From a virus (lineage: Duplodnaviria > Caudoviricetes): a stretch of 64,000 nucleotides of DNA. The stretch covers positions 128,831-192,830 of IMG/VR virus record IMGVR_UViG_3300034157_000065; one strand, written 5' to 3'. The notes beneath the pieces were generated by a model. It made no database searches and was not told the origin of the DNA. It saw only the letters and a list, made by a program, of their open reading frames with translations. The position numbers were made by a program, and so were the translations under genes. Below are positions 19,637 to 30,313 of this stretch, piece after piece; the stretch's first letter is position 1, and each line of letters starts with the position of its first letter.

Positions 19637-20146
19637 ATGTCAAAAACTATCGCGTTTACTGAAATCCCTGTCGAATCTAAAAAAGTTAGATCCTTCAGAC
19701 TATCTGATATTAAAGTGATTTCAGAAACTGACCGTGCTGATATTGAACAATTGGCCGCTGTTAAAGTCAACGAACCTTTTTTTGCGGTTGTGGAAGGTGA
19801 TAGACATTACATTTACTCTTTCTCCAAGGTTTTTGAGGGGATCAAAAAAGAACATGAGAACTTGAAAGAACGTAAATTTACAATGATTCTGTTCTGTGTT
19901 GTTAGTCTGATTGTCGCTATTGGATCTCTTCTTTTTTTAAAGTTTAATGGTCATTCTGTAACTCCTGATATGTTAGGTTACGCTGCTTTTTTTATTTTCT
20001 TTGTCTGCTTGTGGGATTTGATTACAACACGCTATACAAAAATGATTAATATTCTTAATGACAAGAAGACCTATGTGTTAACGGAAAGTCAGGATTATCT
20101 ACAACAACTCAAAGAAGAAGCTCAAAAACCAGTACTCATTATCTAG
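19637..20146 (+). CDS. 2-TM membrane protein (paralog of 20208..20729)
   Basis: Shared YIYSFxK and QDY...KEE..KPV motifs. Confidence 0.75.
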   Translation: MSKTIAFTEIPVESKKVRSFRLSDIKVISETDRADIEQLAAVKVNEPFFAVVEGDRHYIYSFSKVFEGIKKEHENLKERKFTMILFCVVSLIVAIGSLLFLKFNGHSVTPDMLGYAAFFIFFVCLWDLITTRYTKMINILNDKKTYVLTESQDYLQQLKEEAQKPVLII

Positions 20147-20207
20147 CAGATGTGTTAAAATAGCTTAAATGTTTAGCAATTCCATCTATTCTTTGAGGCT
20201 TAAATTT

Positions 20208-20729
20208 ATGAAAAATATTACCGAATTGTCTATTGAACAAGTTATTCCAGAACCAACGCCAGAAATTCATTCGTTTGTTGGTTACAACATTCAGTTGCTC
20301 GGGGAGCTAGATCGTGAACGCTATGCTGACTTGGAAAATTTGGATGACAAAGAACCTTTGCTTTCTGTTTCTAATGGTAAACGCAATTATATTTATTCTT
20401 TCACGAAGGCTGTGAAAGTCATTGAAAAAGAAATACTATCATTAGAAAATAATTTTATTAGTTCAATCGGCATGGCTGTTTGTTCTTTTATGCTTTTCGT
20501 TGGTGTTTGTGCAATGCTCTTATCCGCAAGTAGGGTTCCAGAATTCGCACCAATGTTTGGAGTCGGATTTGGAGGACTGACTGTTTATTCAATCATTCAT
20601 TTGATTAGGTTTAAACATCTTAAAAAAATTAAAGAACTTAAAAACAAAAAAACTGCAATTTTTACTTATGGTCAAGATTACATTAAAACGAAGAAAGAAG
20701 AATACAAAAAGCCAGTGGTTGTCGTTTGA
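20208..20729 (+). CDS. 2-TM membrane protein (paralog of 19637..20146)
   Basis: Same shared motifs; GAGG RBS. Confidence 0.75.
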   Translation: MKNITELSIEQVIPEPTPEIHSFVGYNIQLLGELDRERYADLENLDDKEPLLSVSNGKRNYIYSFTKAVKVIEKEILSLENNFISSIGMAVCSFMLFVGVCAMLLSASRVPEFAPMFGVGFGGLTVYSIIHLIRFKHLKKIKELKNKKTAIFTYGQDYIKTKKEEYKKPVVVV

Positions 20730-20863
20730 TTTTATTGCTTAATTTTTAAGCCACTTCGGCGGCTTTTTTATTGACTATTTTTTTTTAAATGGAGAATGTT
20801 ATATCTTTGTGGTTGATTTTTTTGTTGTTTTCTGTTAGACTTAATAATCATCGGAGCCATTTT

Positions 20864-22354
20864 ATGTCAAAAATCACTACTGAAGATTGTAAATCATTCC
20901 TTTTGGTCGCCTATCCAGATAAAAAAAACGTCGAATGGAAGCGAATTCGTAAATTTAAAGATGAAAATGGTGATAGCTGTCGAGAATTTTCACATTCGGA
21001 TGGCTCTCATATATCTTTAGTTGAAAAAAATGGTCAATTATCCGTTATAACTACCATCTCAAGGACATTTGATAAAAAAAAATCTGTTACAACCACTGAT
21101 AAAACATCAAATACTACAATAGCTACCAGTAATGAACAAGATAAAATTAATTGTAAAAAAGCCGTATTTACAATGTTTGATGACAATAACAAGAAAGCGG
21201 CTAAACGATTAGTGAATGCTTTCGTAAAACCAAAAGAAGACCCAGTTGAACCAGATTCGAGTTCGAAAGGATTTCAAGCGATTCCCAACCTTATGTATTT
21301 CTCTTTCCTTGAAGATGCCAATCCAGATGAATCCGAATATTTGGAAGAAATTGCTGCAGAGATGAATTTTAAGGCTCCAATGAGAGAGATTGCTGTCTTT
21401 TTTATGCCCAGCACCGTTAAATCATTTTGTGACCATATTTCACCTTTGATAGAATCTTTTCTGACACTTCCACTGTATGAAGTCGAAGAGATGTCTTTTA
21501 AAATTAATGATTGTGATACACCCCTAAGCGTTGCCGATGTATTTGAACAATTGAGCAAGGAAGGCTTTGTTTATAATCCAGATGGTTGTGCTTTGAGATC
21601 TTTATTTGAACAATATAGCTTTATCAATATTGAACCCATTGTTGATCCTAATGACAGAACTGCTGAATATAAAAAAGACTTTCTTTCTGCACTGAAAAAA
21701 GATGACGTTAATAAAATGAAAGCATTAATTGATTCAGGAATGCCACTTAATTTTAAAGTAGGTGGTCAATCTCTATTAGGTAAAACCATGCATGAAAATA
21801 AACTGGAATGTTTTAAGTACCTTTTACCACTCTATTCCAACACGGCTAATACCGGAAATGGTGCTGTTGATCAGGTTTGGGACAATGCTTGGTGGCCTAA
21901 TGATTGTTCTCGTTACTTTATGGAGAATGCTTTTTATGATTTTACACGTTCCAATAAAAATGCACATCGTCATTTAGTGGTGACATTAGTTCATCATACT
22001 TCATATTTCGACAGAATGGAGAAGATAGTCAATCTAGAATTTTTCTCAGTGGCTTGTCTCGAAGCTACATTAACTCATGACAGGGCGTATCATGTTTTTA
22101 AAGATTTTGTCAAAAAAGCAATAAATGAATATCCGTCCAGTGTGTCAACCAGTAAAGAGTTGTTGGAGAGACTTGAATATGGCTTTATCATTCCACCTAT
22201 TTTAGAGCTTTTAGCTGGCAGTTCTTGCACCTTTGACAATAAGACTGTCTTTGAAGTTGTTCAGGCTAAAATTGATGAAATCGGCCATGATCCAAAAGGA
22301 TATCGGGATAAGATTGAAATCTATAAAGCATTCTTGAAGAAGCATGGTCGTTAA
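20864..22354 (+). CDS. Large hypothetical protein with ankyrin-like segment
   Basis: ALKKDDVNKMKALIDSGMPLN...LLGKTMHENKLECFKYLL. Confidence 0.65.
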   Translation: MSKITTEDCKSFLLVAYPDKKNVEWKRIRKFKDENGDSCREFSHSDGSHISLVEKNGQLSVITTISRTFDKKKSVTTTDKTSNTTIATSNEQDKINCKKAVFTMFDDNNKKAAKRLVNAFVKPKEDPVEPDSSSKGFQAIPNLMYFSFLEDANPDESEYLEEIAAEMNFKAPMREIAVFFMPSTVKSFCDHISPLIESFLTLPLYEVEEMSFKINDCDTPLSVADVFEQLSKEGFVYNPDGCALRSLFEQYSFINIEPIVDPNDRTAEYKKDFLSALKKDDVNKMKALIDSGMPLNFKVGGQSLLGKTMHENKLECFKYLLPLYSNTANTGNGAVDQVWDNAWWPNDCSRYFMENAFYDFTRSNKNAHRHLVVTLVHHTSYFDRMEKIVNLEFFSVACLEATLTHDRAYHVFKDFVKKAINEYPSSVSTSKELLERLEYGFIIPPILELLAGSSCTFDNKTVFEVVQAKIDEIGHDPKGYRDKIEIYKAFLKKHGR

Positions 22355-22446
22355 TTGTAGTGTTTTTTATTAAAACCACTTCGGTGGTTTTTTTATGCCA
22401 CAAAAAAGCCCCACCGTTGTGAGGCTTTCTGTTTTAGGTGACTTGA

Positions 22447-23163
22447 TTAAAGGAAGTGAGCAGAACTTTTTGGAGTCAGCTCATAACCATAGGATTTCAA
22501 AAACTGCTTATCGAATGCAATGATTTTATCGCGGGTTTCAGCGAAATGTTCAGGCTCTTCAATTTTGTTGGCTGGTATTGCCGTTGCACTGAAGATGTTG
22601 CCATACAGTTCAACCAGTGCCATTTGATTCGCATCAATGGTACCGATCATGTGAATAGGTGTTGGGTCGATTTTTTGTTCCCAACCAATAATATCAGTTT
22701 GACCGTTAACCAATCCAGACATCGAATCAATGGCTGCTACCATCAGAGCAAAAGCATTTTCTGGCATAGAGCTTGTTTCGTCTGTCATGTAACCGAACAG
22801 TGACACCTTTTCACCCTCGTTGGGCACCAGAGTCACTTTCTTATGAGATTTTGCGACACTACCATAACGGTATTTGCGATAACCAGCGATCATGTTCTTA
22901 TAAGCATTGGTTGGTTTTCCGTCACGATGATCTTGAAAGATTTCCAAATAAGCAGGAATATTCTTCATCATCTTGTTGGTCACACCCAAACAAACGTGAT
23001 CAGAAGAGTGGTGATAGTTAGACACGATAATTTTGTCAGTTAGGTTGTAGTTCTTAGGCACTCGCTCAGCATCATGCAGACCAAGACGGTATTGTTCTTG
23101 AAACAATGGAATATTATTACGGTCAATGTCGTGACGGATGGCGATAAGAACTTGATTACCCAT
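22447..23163 (-). CDS. Hypothetical protein
   Basis: GGAG RBS; 238 aa. Confidence 0.75.
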   Translation of the reverse strand: MGNQVLIAIRHDIDRNNIPLFQEQYRLGLHDAERVPKNYNLTDKIIVSNYHHSSDHVCLGVTNKMMKNIPAYLEIFQDHRDGKPTNAYKNMIAGYRKYRYGSVAKSHKKVTLVPNEGEKVSLFGYMTDETSSMPENAFALMVAAIDSMSGLVNGQTDIIGWEQKIDPTPIHMIGTIDANQMALVELYGNIFSATAIPANKIEEPEHFAETRDKIIAFDKQFLKSYGYELTPKSSAHFL

Positions 23164-23315
23164 TTTTGTATCTCCGTTGGTTTTGATGTGCTTATTATAA
23201 GTGATTTCAAGAATGTTGTACAGCCATTTTTACGCTATTTTATTTGTCTTTTATTTTCAATGCCAATGTGATATACTTGGCTTTCAATGTTAATTCTTTA
23301 ATATAGGATATTCAT

Positions 23316-23972
23316 ATGTTTGACAACAAGGCCATACTCAATGTCACTGAATATATTCAAGAACATCAAGCTTCTTTTCAAACGGTTAAAGATCAGTTAC
23401 ATAACAAAATATTGGATGCTTTTAAACGAGTTGAAGATTATTTTGATGTCATACTTCAATTTAACTTTAATGATAATAAAAATGTTGTTTTTAATTTTTT
23501 TGAAATCGAATTCACGAAATATGAATCATCCAGTTTTTGTGGCTTTGTTGCAACATCTGTTCACGATACTATTTCTTGTGATGTGGGGTATTTTCCATTT
23601 TCAATCACCCCTACAAATACAGCTTTTTCTTTAAAGTTTAATTCTGACTTTGAGTTGAGTTCCGTGATAATTTCATCCAGAAATTTCAGTATGTTAAAAC
23701 CAACGTCATCTGCCAATCGACTTGATCTTGTTTTTGATGATAATTTTAAATTAAAAGAAATATCACGTACATTTCAAAATGAAGTTATTTTAAAGAAAAC
23801 TGAATCGAATTTATCTTCCTATGAAGAAGAGTTGAAACTTTTTCAAATCAGTGAAAGCAATATAAATAATTTCATTGATTATCTTCCTGAATTCTATATT
23901 CCAGCAGCTTATGATTTTAATAGCATTGATTTTAAAGATAGAATGTCTGTGTATGATATGAGTTGTCTATAA
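23316..23972 (+). CDS. Paralog family A (ends RMSVYDMSCL)
   Basis: LPEFYIPAAYDFNSIDFKDR. Confidence 0.8.
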   Translation: MFDNKAILNVTEYIQEHQASFQTVKDQLHNKILDAFKRVEDYFDVILQFNFNDNKNVVFNFFEIEFTKYESSSFCGFVATSVHDTISCDVGYFPFSITPTNTAFSLKFNSDFELSSVIISSRNFSMLKPTSSANRLDLVFDDNFKLKEISRTFQNEVILKKTESNLSSYEEELKLFQISESNINNFIDYLPEFYIPAAYDFNSIDFKDRMSVYDMSCL

Positions 23973-23984
23973 AGGTGTATTAAT

Positions 23985-24689
23985 ATGCTAACTGTTACGA
24001 AAACTGACATCAAAGATCAAGAACTTATGAAAAAGTTCTTGATGCCACCAGACTATTCATCTTATGACCAGTTCATTGATCACTGCCTCAATGAGATTAC
24101 TATAAAAGTTCAATCTATCATGGATGACCTTAGTATTAAAATGAACGCTCGATTAAAGTTTGGCTCGCATTCAATTTTAGATGGACTTAATGATTTTCTT
24201 GTCATCGCTTTAATGAAAATCTGTTTTAAAAAAGAAGTTGTTGATGAACAGACTTTTTGTACTGCCACTTTCAATGGAATTTTGTCATTTGAATGTGGAA
24301 CATTTGATTTCAAATTTAATCAATCCTATTCTTATTTCCATGTCATAGTTAATGAAGAACTCAAATTAACTGCTTTCGAATATTCATCTGTCGTCTATGA
24401 CAATCAAAATGTTAACAAGCGAGTTAACTTAAAATTCGATCAGGATGCGAACCTTACTGAATATTTATATAAAGTGGACTCTACTTTTTTTGGATGGTCT
24501 GTTGAACGTTTAAAGAGTAAAGACATGTTGTGTACTTATGATGATGAATTGTTTCTACATAATTCAATTGCTCACCGAACAGCCCTGATGGATGAACTAT
24601 TTCCAGAATTGTCTGTAATGGGTGTCTATGATTTTTCGTCACCTGAATTTAAACGTAAACTAACTTTATTTGAAATGTCATTGATTTAA
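23985..24689 (+). CDS. Paralog family A (ends KLTLFEMSLI)
   Basis: FPELSVMGVYDFSSPEFKR. Confidence 0.8.
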   Translation: MLTVTKTDIKDQELMKKFLMPPDYSSYDQFIDHCLNEITIKVQSIMDDLSIKMNARLKFGSHSILDGLNDFLVIALMKICFKKEVVDEQTFCTATFNGILSFECGTFDFKFNQSYSYFHVIVNEELKLTAFEYSSVVYDNQNVNKRVNLKFDQDANLTEYLYKVDSTFFGWSVERLKSKDMLCTYDDELFLHNSIAHRTALMDELFPELSVMGVYDFSSPEFKRKLTLFEMSLI

Positions 24690-24800
24690 CTTTTAAATAT
24701 TATTGACGAAATATGCTATCGGGGTATGATTTTAAGATGGAAGACTTTTCATCTAGAGGCGTGTCTTCTCAATACTTACTTTTTAAATTAAGGAAAAATT

Positions 24801-25436
24801 ATGACAACTAACACACCTATGACTGAACTTGCATGTTATATCCAATCAAAAAAGACTGATATTAAAGAAAAAATATATAATTCTATTTTAAAGATAGAGC
24901 AGCACTTCAATATTAAACTAGATTATGATGTAACAGACCTTGGTAATGATATTATTATTAAAGGTGTTGAAGAACATTCGTTTACTGTCTCTAAATGGTT
25001 TCAATCAAAACTGAAACCTGATCATCTTTTAAAGTTTAACTGCAAAGGATTTCCTTTTACGCTTCCACAGAGTAGCAAATCTATTTTTTTTATTATTTTC
25101 AATGACGATTTCAGTATTAAAAAAGCTCAATTTAGAACCGCCTTTATTAATAATGGTGATGTCGTATGGTTAAAACTCTATTTTAATAACCTACTTATGC
25201 TAGAACATATCGAAAACACTTATCTTCCAAGGCTTGGTGGTAAAAATATTGTTGTTATTAAATCTTCTGATATGCTTTGTCCTTTTGATGATGAAGTAGT
25301 TTTGTTTAAATTAGCTCATAACAGAAATGAAGAAGTTAAAGAACTGTTGCCAGAATACTACATCCCATCTGCTTATGATTTTAATTCCGTAGAATTTACA
25401 GATCGTCTGAAAGTGTATAGCATGTTGACACTTTAA
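24801..25436 (+). CDS. Paralog family A (ends RLKVYSMLTL)
   Basis: LLPEYYIPSAYDFNSVEFTDR. Confidence 0.8.
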   Translation: MTTNTPMTELACYIQSKKTDIKEKIYNSILKIEQHFNIKLDYDVTDLGNDIIIKGVEEHSFTVSKWFQSKLKPDHLLKFNCKGFPFTLPQSSKSIFFIIFNDDFSIKKAQFRTAFINNGDVVWLKLYFNNLLMLEHIENTYLPRLGGKNIVVIKSSDMLCPFDDEVVLFKLAHNRNEEVKELLPEYYIPSAYDFNSVEFTDRLKVYSMLTL

Positions 25437-25496
25437 TATTGACTATTTTTCCTAGGTGTTATACAATAACGAGCTACTTCAACCACGAGGTGATCT

Positions 25497-26051
25497 ATGT
25501 CAGAAGAATCCATTAAAGTTTATTTCAGTGCTGATCAATACAACTCAATCGAAGAATTTAAAAAAGATGTGCTCGTTAACTTCACCACAATTTTCACCGA
25601 ATTGTCAGCTATTTTTAATGTCGATAGCCATATTGATGTGGACAATTTCAAACCTTTATTTAAGACTGAGACAGTTTATAAAGTCACTCATCACATTTCA
25701 AGTAAATCCATTAACTATGTGCTTATTTTAAATAAATCAAACTTCAAGTTGAAAGAGAACATCTTTGTAGGTGATCTTCAGCTCAAAGATATTACTTTGA
25801 ACCAACAATTTGAACTCGATCATATTAATCTGCACTATTTCTTGTCTGATGTTCGTGTTAAACCACATGTTTTTGAGTTAATAAAAATTAAGCACTCCAT
25901 AAAAGAACAAGATAATGATATTCGAGTGCAATATGGCATGGACAGTTCGAATAATGATAAAATCATGATTAATGGCCCTTTGAAAGAAGCTGTCGATCAG
26001 GCTTTTAGTATGTTTAAACGACTTAAAAATACTGCAGTTATAGTAGACTGA
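25497..26051 (+). CDS. Hypothetical protein
   Basis: GAGGTGA RBS. Confidence 0.7.
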   Translation: MSEESIKVYFSADQYNSIEEFKKDVLVNFTTIFTELSAIFNVDSHIDVDNFKPLFKTETVYKVTHHISSKSINYVLILNKSNFKLKENIFVGDLQLKDITLNQQFELDHINLHYFLSDVRVKPHVFELIKIKHSIKEQDNDIRVQYGMDSSNNDKIMINGPLKEAVDQAFSMFKRLKNTAVIVD

Positions 26052-26165
26052 TTTTATGTTGTATTAAAAGAAGGGCATAAAATGCCCTTTTTGTTTAAAT
26101 TAACCAAACTTTGAAAAATATTTTAATGTGTTATGATATATGGATATATAACTAAGAGTACTATT

Positions 26166-26846
26166 ATGAACCACAAGCTAGTTACCATGAATAAATTTGT
26201 AGAAACTGCAACCGCATTAAAAAGTGATTTATTGAATTTAAACAGAGATGTCAGCTTAGAAGAATTTAAACAAACTTTTCATAAATTTGGTTTAGTTGTT
26301 GATGACGGTCAGTATGAGCTTTTCAATATGTATCACAAAGTAAGCATGTTTCCTATGATGGCAGAAGGTATGGTTGTTAACACGATAACCATTAGTGATG
26401 GTCATTATAACAACCTTAACACACCACCAGAACTACTCAGCTTTCAACCTATTACTGATGGTTCTTCTTCTTCTGTATTGAAAGAAGACATTTTAAAAAG
26501 ATTGGAAGTATATCAAGTTGATTTTAAAGACATCAAGAAAATACCAAAAGAAAGTGTTATGGGGAAAATGAAAGACAATATGTTTGTAGAAGCTTATGAG
26601 GCAGTTCAAAAGGATCTTTCTAAGTTGTTTAATAAACATGGTGTAACCACTAACTACGAAGCTAACAAAGGTATCATTAAAGCTGCTAAACAGATTGACA
26701 AGTTCCCAATAGCTACTTCTGTTAGCGTTAATAACCTTGTGTCTCGCAGAATTCAAGAAGGTCTTTTACTTGAAACACAAGTGGCTAAAAACAATATCAA
26801 GCCAAGTGATCCTAGTAATAAAAATAAAGGCGTATTCATTGCTTAA
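26166..26846 (+). CDS. Hypothetical protein
   Basis: Long ORF with promoter and terminator. Confidence 0.7.
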   Translation: MNHKLVTMNKFVETATALKSDLLNLNRDVSLEEFKQTFHKFGLVVDDGQYELFNMYHKVSMFPMMAEGMVVNTITISDGHYNNLNTPPELLSFQPITDGSSSSVLKEDILKRLEVYQVDFKDIKKIPKESVMGKMKDNMFVEAYEAVQKDLSKLFNKHGVTTNYEANKGIIKAAKQIDKFPIATSVSVNNLVSRRIQEGLLLETQVAKNNIKPSDPSNKNKGVFIA

Positions 26847-26942
26847 CAATACAGTCCATTTCGATGGGCTTTTTTGTATCCTTGAAATTTGAGTAAACTT
26901 ATATTATAATGATAACTACTTAATTAACCATCGGAAACAAAA

Positions 26943-27185
26943 ATGCACACTCGCAATACGCTTCATTTGAATGACCAGCAACTTGATCTTATCGAAAACA
27001 TCCTTTCTACAACACAACTTGATATTACTGATGATTTCGTTGTTGAACTCCTTGTCAATGAAGGTATTATGCGTTATCCAGCCGAACAAGTTATCCAATA
27101 CCGTAAGTTCTATCTTAGTCAGGAACTTAATGGATCTCCTACACCACTTCGTCATGGTCGAATAGGATCTAACCAAGCAGCTTGA
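26943..27185 (+). CDS. Hypothetical protein
   Basis: Promoter-ORF-terminator unit. Confidence 0.6.
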   Translation: MHTRNTLHLNDQQLDLIENILSTTQLDITDDFVVELLVNEGIMRYPAEQVIQYRKFYLSQELNGSPTPLRHGRIGSNQAA

Positions 27186-27335
27186 ACAAGAATCTTTTAT
27201 AATCCTCACATATGTGGGGATTTTCTTTTCTTTAATGTTTGTTTATTATTAATGCTTATTATTTCAAGGTTTATTATTGAAAAAAGTATTTTTAGTGTTA
27301 TCGTGAAAATAAGCAAACGTAACTATTATAATATT

Positions 27336-27917
27336 ATGGATCAATTAGCAGAGTTATTTACAAAGCAAACCTATCAAGAAGATGGCATTACACAAGGACA
27401 AGTAATTAGTCTTGCCAAACATCACAAAAAAACACATTCACAAATCATACTCAGTCTTTCTAAAATTGAAGGCTTAAATTTGGTCGAGTCCATTGATTCT
27501 TTTGCAAAAAGAAAAATAAATACAAGAAATCAAGAAGGCTACCTTTTCAAAGACGGGTCTGTTCTGGTAAAATCCAATGGTAGCTTTGTTGCTTTCACCA
27601 TTGATGAAAGTTCTTTATGGTTAAGAGGACTTGGCACACAGCCCTTCGATCTTGCGGCAGTTAACGCTGGTGCAGCCTTTACCCTTCGATCTGGTGTGGC
27701 GTTTTCAATCGTTGAAATTGATATTTCAAAAAATTTACCATTAACAATAAAGCTTGATAATGATCAATCTATCATTGCATACAAAAAAGATGGTAAATCA
27801 GATAATTATCAGTTCCCCGCTTATGATTTACTTCTTGTCACTCCAACCGAGACTATCTTCCCTACTGGTGGTGTGAATAAAAGAAACACGAATATTTTAT
27901 CAATGCTGTTGAAATAA
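27336..27917 (+). CDS. Hypothetical protein
   Basis: Long ORF. Confidence 0.65.
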   Translation: MDQLAELFTKQTYQEDGITQGQVISLAKHHKKTHSQIILSLSKIEGLNLVESIDSFAKRKINTRNQEGYLFKDGSVLVKSNGSFVAFTIDESSLWLRGLGTQPFDLAAVNAGAAFTLRSGVAFSIVEIDISKNLPLTIKLDNDQSIIAYKKDGKSDNYQFPAYDLLLVTPTETIFPTGGVNKRNTNILSMLLK

Positions 27918-27953
27918 GTAACACTTCATGCTATAATTGAGAAAAATTCGGAG

Positions 27954-28316
27954 ATGATCATGTTAAAGACGCTAAGTAGACTGTTCAGCACAGAAAAACG
28001 TGTGCTCGCTGTTGTTTTCAATGATGGTAAAGTATTAATTTTCAATGATAAGAACTTGGAACGCGGTTCTCATCTATCCACTTATGTTACCGATGACCTC
28101 AAAATCATTGGAAATGAAGCTGATGGTGTCCAGTCAGCCAAGATTGATTACTATGACGGTATGATTGCTATGCCAGCCCAAACATTGTATTCAATTCCTT
28201 ACGACCAAGAGAAACGTCCAGATACTTCACCAACACTGCCTAAATCAGTGCGAAATGCAGTATGGAACTTTCTGGAAGGTGCAGAAGATAAAGTTCAAAT
28301 AAAAATGGCGTCCTAG
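27954..28316 (+). CDS. Hypothetical protein
   Basis: GGAG RBS; terminator overlapping stop. Confidence 0.7.
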   Translation: MIMLKTLSRLFSTEKRVLAVVFNDGKVLIFNDKNLERGSHLSTYVTDDLKIIGNEADGVQSAKIDYYDGMIAMPAQTLYSIPYDQEKRPDTSPTLPKSVRNAVWNFLEGAEDKVQIKMAS

Positions 28317-28389
28317 TGGCGTCTTTTTTATTGCCTAAATTTGGCAATTTTGTTATAATACACCCACATAAACCACAGAGTTAATCAGC

Positions 28390-28809
28390 ATGATTATCTA
28401 CCATTGGACAACGGTTAAACAAGCACTCAAAGCACTTCAAACGAATAAACTCGAAAAACGCCATTGGGGTCACTTCATTCCCGAAGATGGTTCCATTGTG
28501 AAAGGCACAAGCTGGTCTGGTGAGCATTCTAAATGGCAGTGTGACCATCAAGTATGCTTTATGCTTGACGCTTCAAAAATCAGTAATGAAAAATATCATA
28601 TCAATGGCAACCAAACCTATCTCAGAACTCAGGGAATGATCAATAAAGACTTTGATCCACATGCTTGGCAGCATGAAAGCGATGTTCCAGACGAATGCTT
28701 TGTAGTTGGTGATATTGTATCGCTCAAAAAAAGCCTAATCGGCATGTGTTTTGCGGATGGTGTTCCAATGTCTATCAAGAACGAAGTTCAGGCCGCATTT
28801 GGCATTTAA
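28390..28809 (+). CDS. Hypothetical protein
   Basis: Promoter TTGGCA/TATAAT region; N-terminal YHWT motif. Confidence 0.7.
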   Translation: MIIYHWTTVKQALKALQTNKLEKRHWGHFIPEDGSIVKGTSWSGEHSKWQCDHQVCFMLDASKISNEKYHINGNQTYLRTQGMINKDFDPHAWQHESDVPDECFVVGDIVSLKKSLIGMCFADGVPMSIKNEVQAAFGI

Positions 28810-28873
28810 ACCTTGTTTGCGTGGTCATTCTTTGGTATAATAACTTACTTTCAAAGAGCTTAGGAGCTTTTAC

Positions 28874-29401
28874 ATGCCAACTAAATACATTCGTCATCAA
28901 GATCGCTTTGTTGTGTTTCACGAAAAGATTGTTCATAGTGACATGGCCCATCGTCTTTTCGGTCGTGACAAGTTGATTCATGGTGCAGGCTTTATTAAGC
29001 TTTTTCTTGATGAAGACAAAATTCAAGCGAAGTGCGAGGGTAAGAGCGAATCATTGCGTGTAGGCACTCGACGTGATGACCACACTCATATCCTGAATGC
29101 CATCGGTGTTGAGAACAATGATGAAGTGGAACATGCTAAATACGTTATCTGGCGTGGTAAGGCTGTTGTCTTCTCTAACGAGTTGGAACACAAAGCTGTT
29201 GCAGAAGCCGCTTTCTTGGGCAGCTCGGATTGTGAGAGTGCTGGTTTCATCAAGTTCATCTTTACAGCGGCTGGTAAAGTCAAAGTCCACTGTTACGGTG
29301 AAAGCATGAGCCTTGGTGTATCTGCTCAGAAAGGTGATGATAAAACGATTGCCGATCTGATGGACATTCCTCAAGCTAGCCTTCATGTAAGCTCACGGTG
29401 A
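28874..29401 (+). CDS. Protein made of two tandem ~80-aa repeats
   Basis: KY(I/V)...VVF...H...A...AGFIK...C.G(K/E)S.SL.V occurs twice. Confidence 0.75.
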   Translation: MPTKYIRHQDRFVVFHEKIVHSDMAHRLFGRDKLIHGAGFIKLFLDEDKIQAKCEGKSESLRVGTRRDDHTHILNAIGVENNDEVEHAKYVIWRGKAVVFSNELEHKAVAEAAFLGSSDCESAGFIKFIFTAAGKVKVHCYGESMSLGVSAQKGDDKTIADLMDIPQASLHVSSR

Positions 29402-29431
29402 TTTGGTAGTATTTAATACGGAGTTTTGACG

Positions 29432-29647
29432 ATGAGTAAGCCACTGAATAAGAATGTGCAGTTTGTAAAGGTTAAGCAAGAAGGTGTTGGTGTTGACATT
29501 CCTTACCGTGTGAAGACGTTTGGTGATAAAGAATGTGTGGTTATCATTGACAAGAAAGCGACCACGTTGAGTAATGAAAGCATTTATCAGGATATGGACT
29601 GCTATAAAGCGGATCAACAAGTAAAACTTCAGAAGTTTAAAAAGTAA
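29432..29647 (+). CDS. Hypothetical protein
   Basis: GGAG RBS; followed by bidirectional terminator. Confidence 0.6.
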   Translation: MSKPLNKNVQFVKVKQEGVGVDIPYRVKTFGDKECVVIIDKKATTLSNESIYQDMDCYKADQQVKLQKFKK

Positions 29648-29710
29648 TCAGTGATTGAAGAGAACAAGAAAGGTAGCCGAGGCTACCTTTTCTACTTTCA
29701 AAAACTTTTC

Positions 29711-30313
29711 TTACCAGTATTGCTTACCAGTAATCATCGAATAGATTATAAGTGGAATTCCAATAACCACTATCCCAACAATCGCGATTGGTGCAACAAC
29801 AACAACACCAAAAATAAATAAAGCGATGCCTTTAAATAAATCAATAACGTCATCCATATTTTCTTGTGCTGTTGCACTTAAAGGCTCAACTTCAATTGTG
29901 TATCGAAAGCCTTTGATATTTTCTCTATTATAAGCACCTTCGCAAGTCTTTGTAACTATCATATAATCTTTATTATTTAAAATTTCATATTTTTTTTGAC
30001 CTTTAAATGGGCCTAGTTTTTCTATCAATATATTAGCTTCTGTCGATAAATCTTTCCAACACATTTCTTCATCTAAATATAATTTACTTGTCTTCATTAC
30101 AGAACTTATATTATTATTTTTTTTAACATAAATTCTCAATTCTGAATCGTCTTCAAATTTTTTATAGTTCATGCCAATCTGTAATGGTTCATCCATTTCT
30201 TGTTTATAGACAGGTATATCTTTTTTAGGGGAACTGCTGCACCCTATTAAACTTATTATTGTTAATGCCACAGTAGTCATCTTAAATCCATTTTTTATTA
30301 TTTTAAAGTTCAT
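29711..30313 (-). CDS. Lipoprotein with C-terminal TM hairpin (AT-rich island)
   Basis: Lipobox LIGC; hydrophobic C-terminus. Confidence 0.75.
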   Translation of the reverse strand: MNFKIIKNGFKMTTVALTIISLIGCSSSPKKDIPVYKQEMDEPLQIGMNYKKFEDDSELRIYVKKNNNISSVMKTSKLYLDEEMCWKDLSTEANILIEKLGPFKGQKKYEILNNKDYMIVTKTCEGAYNRENIKGFRYTIEVEPLSATAQENMDDVIDLFKGIALFIFGVVVVAPIAIVGIVVIGIPLIIYSMITGKQYW

